NCBI RefSeq assembly: GCF_039932285.1
Contig: NZ_JBDTQE010000006.1
Span: 1,582-65,581 of the forward strand
Direction of reading: 5' to 3'
Length of the DNA: 64,000 bases
Source of the DNA: Flavobacterium sp.
GTDB taxonomy: Bacteria > Bacteroidota > Bacteroidia > Flavobacteriales > Flavobacteriaceae
A program made the position numbers and the translations under genes. Below the pieces are notes generated by a model. That model saw only the letters and a list, made by a program, of their open reading frames with translations, ran no database searches and was not told the origin of the DNA. The first letter of the stretch is position 1; every line of letters begins with the position of its first letter. Shown here in pieces: positions 57,729-64,000 of this stretch.

Positions 57729-60533
57729 TTAGAAGGTATAACCTAAATTTAAGCCAAAACCAATTCCTTTTTTATAACTATCGTTTATCAAAGAGGTTTC
57801 ATCTATTTTGATAATTCCTTCATTACCAAATTCACGTTTTCTAGAAGTATCTAATAAATTAGTTGCAGAGAATTTAACATCAAAATGTTCCGATAATTTA
57901 CTTCCCCAAACAAAGTCTAATTGCTGGTATGGTAATTCATAAGTATTGTCATGTTTGTTTGTTCCTACAGCATAAATTCTTTTTGAGAAAACGGAATAAA
58001 CTAATGAGATTGTATTACTCCAATTTTTATCAAAATTAAATTGATATTTTAAATCTGAATTTAAAATCCATTTTGAAGCACCTTGTAAATCTCTAGTTTT
58101 GTGTGTTTCAATAGATGGAATGTCGTGAGTTATATCTCCATTTTCATCTTGTGAATCGTATGTAGGGCTAACTTTGACTTTAGTTGACATTAATGAAGCA
58201 TTAAAGCCAAGAGAAAAATCTGATAAATTTTTGTTTATTCTTTCTAAGTCAACTATAAATTCAGCTTCTGCTCCATAAAGATTTGCAGAATCAGAATTTA
58301 AAAAAGTGGTTATTGTAGATGTTGTTGCGTTTGAAACATAAGTTCTTTCAATAGGATTTTTTAGATATTTTGTAAAGACTCCAAAAGCAAATAGTTCTTT
58401 AGCTGTTGGAAAAATTTCAAATTTTAAATCAGCATTATAATTATCACTGTTCTTTAATAATGTATTTCCTTGAATAGAAGTGCCATCAGCATTCAAATAA
58501 GTTAGTGGAAAAGATTCCATTACAACTGGTTTTGTATAGGTTTTACTGGCAGCAAATCGGATATTTGCTTTTTCAGTAACGCCATATTTTATGTTAAGAG
58601 AGGGCAAATAATATAAATTATCGTAATTTCTTTTTTTGAATGGCGCAGTTTGTATTCCTAAACCTCTGTATTTTGTTTGACGATTATTAAGTTCTACTCT
58701 CAAACCTCCGTTTATTTCCCATTTACTGCCAAATTTTAGTAATAAATTAGCATAACCAGCATTTGTAAATTCGATAAGTTTTACTTTATAATTTGCATTT
58801 GAATTCTCAACAAAAGAGAAGTTGTTTGCGTTTAAATCATTACTGATTTGTGGATCAATATTGTTTAAGTTGGTTGTAAATCCACCAATACTAGATTGTG
58901 ACGATATAAAACGGTATGAGCTTTCCATTTCAGACATATTTCCGTTATATCCGACACTTAGTTTGTTTTGCTTGTCTTTTTTTCCAAATTTCAAACTGTA
59001 TTCACCTAATCCAGAAAAGAATTTATTTCCATCGATCGTTAAGTATTGTCGTAAGAAATTAGTTGATCCATAAGTGGTTGTAATTTTTCCATCTAGTGCA
59101 GTTCCTTCAAAAGCTTTTCTGTCTGGTTGCGAAAATTTTGTGTTTGCAGCAGATATTCCTCCTTTAAAAATTTGGCTCTTATCTTTAGCCAAAGCATATT
59201 CACCAAGTAATTGGGCATTTAGATAATCAGTTTTAGTTAACTGATTTGTTCTAATAAGATGGTTTGGGTCATCAGTATTAGCTTTAGCGATTCCGAATTG
59301 GTCTTTTATAGAATTTTCATTTGTTTTAATATAAAAAGTATTAAGTGTCAACTTCAATCTGTTGGTATTAAAATTCAAACCTATTAATGACGTTATTGTG
59401 TTTTTGTATAAATATTCGGTACTGGTAAAATTATTAAAAAACTTGAATCCTAATGTTTGATCATCTATAGTTCTTTCTAATCCTGATTTTATAGCGTATT
59501 TATTGTCAAAATTTAAAGAAAGTAAATAAGAGAATTTCTTGTCATTTTTTAAATCAAATTTTTCTGAATGTAAGAAACTTATACTTGAATTTAAGGGGCT
59601 CTTTGTTTCAGTAGCATTAAAACCACTTTTGAAATATTTTTTTGAATCTTCAGTGGTAAATGTATAACTACGAGGCACACTTCCTAAAATACTTGGCAGT
59701 TCTCTGTCTTTTCCATTAAATCCAAAAAAGCCTTTTGTGTTGTCTGCATCTTCTGAGATTAAAAAATCATTTAAATTATTGTTAGTTGTAAAGTTTGTAC
59801 CAATATTTATTTTTGTGATACTTTTTGAACCTTTTGAAGTTTGAATGTTAAAAGTTCCTCCTGCAAAATCTCCATAAATATTAGGATTAAAAGTTTTATA
59901 AACATCAATAATACTTACTATGTCTGTTGGGAATAAATCTAAAGGAATAATTTTTGTAAATGGATTATTAGTTGGAGCGGCCAAGTCATTAATTAATAAA
60001 TTATTGTAGCGATCTTCTAATCCACGAACAAATAATCCACGAGATTCTACTTTGCTAATTCCAGTAATTTTTGTTAAACCAGCTTCCACATCGCTAATTC
60101 CTTTTCTTGACATTTCTTGTGATCCAATGCTCTGCTTAATTTCAGTTGCTTTCTTTTGATCTAGTAACAACGCAGTTTCTTTTTCACGACTAATTGTAGC
60201 TTTTACAACAACATCTTCTATTGTCACACTTCCCGAGCCAAGAGTCTCATTTATAATTACTTTTTCGTTTGGTTGTATTGTAAATGTTTTTGTTATAGAT
60301 TCATAACCTAAAAAACTAAAAATTATAGTATAATTCCCTTGCGGAATTTCGATAGCATATTTACCAGCAATATCTGATGTAGCACTATAAGTAGTTCCTT
60401 TTATCGTAATATTTGCAAATGGTAGAGGTTCTCCTTTAAGGTCTTTATCAGATAAAATTCCCATAACAGTACCGTTTTGAGAGAATGATAATAAAGTAAA
60501 AAATAAGAATAAAATTGATAATTTAAATTTCAT
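57729..60533 (-). CDS. TonB-dependent receptor with an N-terminal carboxypeptidase-regulatory-like domain
   Basis: GEPLPFANITIKGT, plug FVRGLEDRYN...IPLDLFP and a C-terminal LNLGYTF barrel end. Confidence 0.92.
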   Translation of the reverse strand: MKFKLSILFLFFTLLSFSQNGTVMGILSDKDLKGEPLPFANITIKGTTYSATSDIAGKYAIEIPQGNYTIIFSFLGYESITKTFTIQPNEKVIINETLGSGSVTIEDVVVKATISREKETALLLDQKKATEIKQSIGSQEMSRKGISDVEAGLTKITGISKVESRGLFVRGLEDRYNNLLINDLAAPTNNPFTKIIPLDLFPTDIVSIIDVYKTFNPNIYGDFAGGTFNIQTSKGSKSITKINIGTNFTTNNNLNDFLISEDADNTKGFFGFNGKDRELPSILGSVPRSYTFTTEDSKKYFKSGFNATETKSPLNSSISFLHSEKFDLKNDKKFSYLLSLNFDNKYAIKSGLERTIDDQTLGFKFFNNFTSTEYLYKNTITSLIGLNFNTNRLKLTLNTFYIKTNENSIKDQFGIAKANTDDPNHLIRTNQLTKTDYLNAQLLGEYALAKDKSQIFKGGISAANTKFSQPDRKAFEGTALDGKITTTYGSTNFLRQYLTIDGNKFFSGLGEYSLKFGKKDKQNKLSVGYNGNMSEMESSYRFISSQSSIGGFTTNLNNIDPQISNDLNANNFSFVENSNANYKVKLIEFTNAGYANLLLKFGSKWEINGGLRVELNNRQTKYRGLGIQTAPFKKRNYDNLYYLPSLNIKYGVTEKANIRFAASKTYTKPVVMESFPLTYLNADGTSIQGNTLLKNSDNYNADLKFEIFPTAKELFAFGVFTKYLKNPIERTYVSNATTSTITTFLNSDSANLYGAEAEFIVDLERINKNLSDFSLGFNASLMSTKVKVSPTYDSQDENGDITHDIPSIETHKTRDLQGASKWILNSDLKYQFNFDKNWSNTISLVYSVFSKRIYAVGTNKHDNTYELPYQQLDFVWGSKLSEHFDVKFSATNLLDTSRKREFGNEGIIKIDETSLINDSYKKGIGFGLNLGYTF

Positions 60534-60617
60534 TAGTAGTTGTGTTTAAATTTCTGCAAAGGAAATGTTTGTATGTAAAGATGTTGTCAAGCAAATATTA
60601 AGAATTTGTTTTATGTG

Positions 60618-60633
60618 TGTTAATTAAATGTTA
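60618..60633 (+). promoter_or_regulatory. Pho-box-like direct repeat TGTTA-N6-TGTTA in the divergent receptor/regulator promoter
   Basis: TGTTA ATTAAA TGTTA. Confidence 0.55.
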
Positions 60634-60713
60634 TGAGATTAAATTTATGTAATCTTGATTTTTTTAGTTTAAAATATATTTACATTTACATCATAAAAAA
60701 GCTAATTTTCAAT

Positions 60714-61400
60714 ATGAAAAAGAAAGAAATAAGAATTTTACTTGTCGATGATGAACCAGATATCTTAGAAATTGTAGGTTATAATTTATCGCAAGAAGGA
60801 TATCAAATTTTTACCGCTGAAAACGGAAAAGAAGCAGTACAGAAAGCTAAAAAACACAATCCACACCTTATTATTATGGATGTCATGATGCCAGAAATGG
60901 ATGGTATGGAAGCCTGTGAAATTATTAGAAAAGTCCCTGAATTAGACAATGTGATTATTACTTTTCTTACTGCAAGAAACGAAGATTATTCCCAAGTGGC
61001 AGGATTTGATGCTGGTGCTGACGATTATATTGCCAAACCCATAAAACCTAAGCTATTGGTTAGTAAAGTAAAGGCTTTGTTGCGAAGAATTAAAGAAGAA
61101 GAAACTCCAAAAAACGAAACGTTAACCATAGGTGATATCGAGATAAACCGTGAAGAATATAAGGTCATAAAAGATGGTATCGAAATTATTTTGCCTCGTA
61201 AAGAATTTGAATTGTTTTACTTGCTTGCATCAAAACCTGGAAAAGTTTTCAAGAGAGAAGAAATCCTAGATAAAGTTTGGGGTTCTGAAGTGGTAGTTGG
61301 AGGAAGGACTATTGATGTTCATATAAGAAAACTGAGAGAAAAAATAGGCGACGAATATTTTAAAACTACCAAAGGAATAGGTTATAAATTTGAATTGTAA
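60714..61400 (+). CDS. OmpR-family response regulator, PhoP/PhoB-like
   Basis: LLVDDE, IMDVMMPEMDG, GADDYIAKP and RTIDVHIRKLREK; real start MKKKEI at 60714. Confidence 0.9.
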   Translation: MKKKEIRILLVDDEPDILEIVGYNLSQEGYQIFTAENGKEAVQKAKKHNPHLIIMDVMMPEMDGMEACEIIRKVPELDNVIITFLTARNEDYSQVAGFDAGADDYIAKPIKPKLLVSKVKALLRRIKEEETPKNETLTIGDIEINREEYKVIKDGIEIILPRKEFELFYLLASKPGKVFKREEILDKVWGSEVVVGGRTIDVHIRKLREKIGDEYFKTTKGIGYKFEL

Positions 61401-62459
61401 ATGAATTTTAATTTCAAAAAAACATACAAATTTGCGGTAATATCAGCATTATACATAACCTTTTTTGCAACAGGATTCCTTTGTGTATTAGATTATTTTT
61501 TTATAAAATTAGAAGTTAATAATCTAATTTTAGTAGCTTCAATTTTTAGTATTTCAATTTATGTCTTTGCTCTTTTTTTGATGCAATATCGTACAGAAAA
61601 ATTTATTTATCAAAGAGTTAAAAAATTGTATGACGATGTTTCTTTTTTAGATTCTAATTTCTTTTTAAAGCAACCTATTAGTACTGATTTGACTGAAATA
61701 ACTAGTCAAATGCAACGATTTGCCACTGATAAAAAACTAGAAATTGAAACCCTAAATGATCGAGAAGAATTTAGAAGGGAATTTCTAGGAAATGTTTCGC
61801 ACGAGTTAAAAACACCATTGTTTACCGTTCAAGGCTATATTTCGACCTTACTAGATGGCGCGATGAAAGATAAGGTAATTCGTAAAAAATATTTGGAACG
61901 TGCCGAAAAAGGAGTAGAGCGACTCATATATATTGTTGAAGATTTAGATACGATTGCAAAATTAGAAATATCAGAAGGAAAAATTGAAATGACTAATTTT
62001 GATATAGTAAGCCTGATTCAAGGTGTATTTGATTTACTTGAAATGAAAGCTAATAAAAAAGAAATTATGCTTTCTTTCGATTCTAAATACCACAAACCCA
62101 TTATGGTTTTAGGCAATCATGAAAAGATACAGCAAGTAGTTACAAACCTTGTTGAAAATTCGATAAAATATGGAAAAATAGGAGGCTCAACAGAAATATG
62201 TATCGACGAGATTGTTAATAACAAAATTTTAATAAACGTAAAAGATAACGGTGAAGGCATAGAAAAACAAAATATTTCTAGACTTTTTGAACGGTTTTAT
62301 AGGGTAGATAAAAGCGGAGCTCGTTCCGAAGGTGGCTCTGGACTTGGTTTAGCTATCGTAAAGCATATTATTGAAGCTCATAATGAAAAAATATTTGTAG
62401 ACAGTAATTTTCGTGTAGGATCTGAATTTTCATTTACACTTCAAAAAGCATTTAACTAA
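61401..62459 (+). CDS. Sensor histidine kinase, PhoR-like
   Basis: Two close TM helices; EFLGNVSHELKTP, NLVENSIKYG, RLFERFYRVDK and GSGLGLAIVKH. Confidence 0.9.
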   Translation: MNFNFKKTYKFAVISALYITFFATGFLCVLDYFFIKLEVNNLILVASIFSISIYVFALFLMQYRTEKFIYQRVKKLYDDVSFLDSNFFLKQPISTDLTEITSQMQRFATDKKLEIETLNDREEFRREFLGNVSHELKTPLFTVQGYISTLLDGAMKDKVIRKKYLERAEKGVERLIYIVEDLDTIAKLEISEGKIEMTNFDIVSLIQGVFDLLEMKANKKEIMLSFDSKYHKPIMVLGNHEKIQQVVTNLVENSIKYGKIGGSTEICIDEIVNNKILINVKDNGEGIEKQNISRLFERFYRVDKSGARSEGGSGLGLAIVKHIIEAHNEKIFVDSNFRVGSEFSFTLQKAFN

Positions 62460-62587
62460 AAGTCAACTTTTATTTAAAATGCAAGATTAAGAATAAATTT
62501 ACATCACTTTATTCTTAATTAACCGAGTCTAGATTTTAGTATAATTACAATTCGAAACTGGCTTTTAGCAATAAAAGTCAGTTTCTT

Positions 62588-63646
62588 TTATTTCTGTTTA
62601 TCTAAAATTTCAAAAAGAGATTTCCAATCTATTTTAGTATTAAAATCTTTTAATCCTTTATATAAATCTACTTGTAATAATTCTTTTGCTGTAAATTTAT
62701 CTTGAGTGCTATAAGGTACTAAACCTTCTTCTTTATATTTTTTAGCTAAATATTCTTGTTCATATTGCCCTGGCGTAGGTATAAAAAAAGCCTTTTTTTC
62801 TAGTTGTGCTAAATCCATTACAGTTGTATAACCAGATCGGCACAAAATCAGTTCGCTTTCGTTAAAAGAATTTTCAAGTTCCTCAGAATTCATGTAATTA
62901 TAAAAAGTTATTTGATTCTTAGTTTCAACAATTTGTTTTGCTTCGATTTTACCTTTTATGAAAATAATTTTACCAGCGTAATTCTCTAATTCCACGATTA
63001 ATTTTTCTTCCAGAAAAGTACGTTGAGGTTCTGGTCCAGACAAAATAACCATCAAGTCATATTTTTTTTCTAATGATTTTTTGTGTAATCTACTCAGTGG
63101 TCCAATATATTTTATGGTTTTAATTTTTTGAGACAAATGACCTAAATCTCCAGTAAGATTGGGAATGGTATTTACATCAGGAACCCAACATTTATCATAT
63201 TTTTTTATAATATATTGATGCATTTTGCTGGTGAGCCAAGTAGTATTTCCTGTCATCACATTAAGTTGGTGCGTGATAAAAATAGATGGAATTTCCTTGT
63301 TATGAACACCTAATCGGTTGTCTGAAATTATACCAGAAATATTATATTCTTTTATAATTTTATTAATTAATTTTTTCTCCGAAAGTATAGCGCCTACCAT
63401 TTTTGGGCTATTGGCTACCATTTTTAGTTTAAAAAACATTCCGTTTTTCGGATATTCAATATGATAGGAAGGCAATGCTATCGATTGAAGTTGTGGAAAT
63501 TCTTTGCGTAATATTTCTAAAGCAACACCATCAGAAGCTAAAATAGGAGTGTAGCCATTTTCTTGAAGTGCTCTAATAATTGGAATGCATCGTGTGGCAT
63601 GACCTAAACCCCAATTGAGTGGTGCGACGAGAATGTTTTTGCTCAT
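62588..63646 (-). CDS. GT-B glycosyltransferase (GT28/MurG-like C-terminus)
   Basis: WGLGHATRC, CRSGYTTVMD and PTPGQYEQ motifs. Confidence 0.85.
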   Translation of the reverse strand: MSKNILVAPLNWGLGHATRCIPIIRALQENGYTPILASDGVALEILRKEFPQLQSIALPSYHIEYPKNGMFFKLKMVANSPKMVGAILSEKKLINKIIKEYNISGIISDNRLGVHNKEIPSIFITHQLNVMTGNTTWLTSKMHQYIIKKYDKCWVPDVNTIPNLTGDLGHLSQKIKTIKYIGPLSRLHKKSLEKKYDLMVILSGPEPQRTFLEEKLIVELENYAGKIIFIKGKIEAKQIVETKNQITFYNYMNSEELENSFNESELILCRSGYTTVMDLAQLEKKAFFIPTPGQYEQEYLAKKYKEEGLVPYSTQDKFTAKELLQVDLYKGLKDFNTKIDWKSLFEILDKQK

Positions 63647-64000
63647 TGTTTTTTTAATAGCGTGATAAATTGTTCTGCAAGTTCATTTTCATATTCAAAA
63701 TGCATTTCTTCTTCTTTTAGCGCTTCGTTTGGAGTGTGTTTATAAATCTTCCATTTTTTATTATTGTATTCTAATGCAGTTAAGTTTTCTATCCAATCGC
63801 CAGAATTCAAATATATTGTGCTGCCTTTTTCGGTTTCAACTTGTTCCATTTTTGGTTCATGAATGTGTCCGCAGATTACATAATCATAGTTCTTTTCGAT
63901 AGCTAAATCTATACAAATTTTCTCAAAGTTAGTTATAAACTTAACTGCTGATTTTACATTATCTTTAATTTTTTTAGAAAGCGAATAAGGTTCTTTATTC
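63643..64000 (-). CDS. LpxH/PlcP-like calcineurin-type phosphoesterase, partial (5' end beyond the window)
   Basis: Hand translation gives SLSKKIKDNVKSAVKFITNFE...YDYVICGHIHEP...YLNSGDWIENLTALE. Confidence 0.8.
   Translation of the reverse strand, partial: NKEPYSLSKKIKDNVKSAVKFITNFEKICIDLAIEKNYDYVICGHIHEPKMEQVETEKGSTIYLNSGDWIENLTALEYNNKKWKIYKHTPNEALKEEEMHFEYENELAEQFITLLKKQ

Noticed and set aside
7694-59073. Numerous short antisense or overlapping ORFs (e.g. 7694-7930, 9445-9753, 16583-17008, 21859-22251, 43821-44201, 49392-49808, 57104-57382, 58822-59073)
   Set aside because: They are shadows of well-supported genes on the opposite strand or in another frame, with no recognisable motifs.
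1-64000. CRISPR arrays, rRNA, transposases or prophage
   Set aside because: No regularly spaced repeat-spacer array, rRNA or transposase was seen. The phage-like proteins (gp25, VgrG, lysozyme) are explained by the T6SS.

Overview
AT-rich Bacteroidota DNA, very probably Flavobacterium (Bacteroidota TAnnTTTG -7 promoter boxes, T6SS subtype iii gene set, signal peptides followed by Gln). About 1-28.7 kb is a type VI secretion system (T6SSiii). It has a minus-strand structural operon (NlpC/P60, tssG, tssN, tssK, tssO, tssH, tssE, tssF, running off the left edge) and a plus-strand arm (tssP, tssB, tssC, two tssD, vgrG, DUF4280/PAAR-like). The plus-strand arm carries three effector-immunity modules, an array of lipoprotein immunity candidates and decayed gene remnants. 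About 28.75-32.1 kb holds two small Lys-rich exported peptides absent from the ORF track. They flank DUF1003 and an OmpR-type two-component system and share an identical promoter architecture (CTTCAT-N5-CTTCAT-N10-TAnnTTTG). About 32.1-47.7 kb is mostly housekeeping and transport (tatD, acyltransferase, asparaginase, tRNA-Ser, pyrH, frr, MFS, CPA2 antiporter, MMPL). About 47.7-55.7 kb is an ECF sigma / TPR anti-sigma / membrane-anchored TPR-CHAT protease module with a duplicated ECF-type promoter. About 55.7-64 kb is a probable phosphate-starvation cluster (TonB receptor, beta-helix lipoprotein, PhoPR-like pair, PlcP-like phosphoesterase, glycosyltransferase) with 11-bp-period Pho-box-like repeats. 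The best candidates for undescribed biology are the LpxR-like T6SS effector, the Asr-like peptide regulon, the ECF/CHAT signalling module and a shared effector N-terminal domain. All family calls come from motif recognition by eye; no database searches were run.
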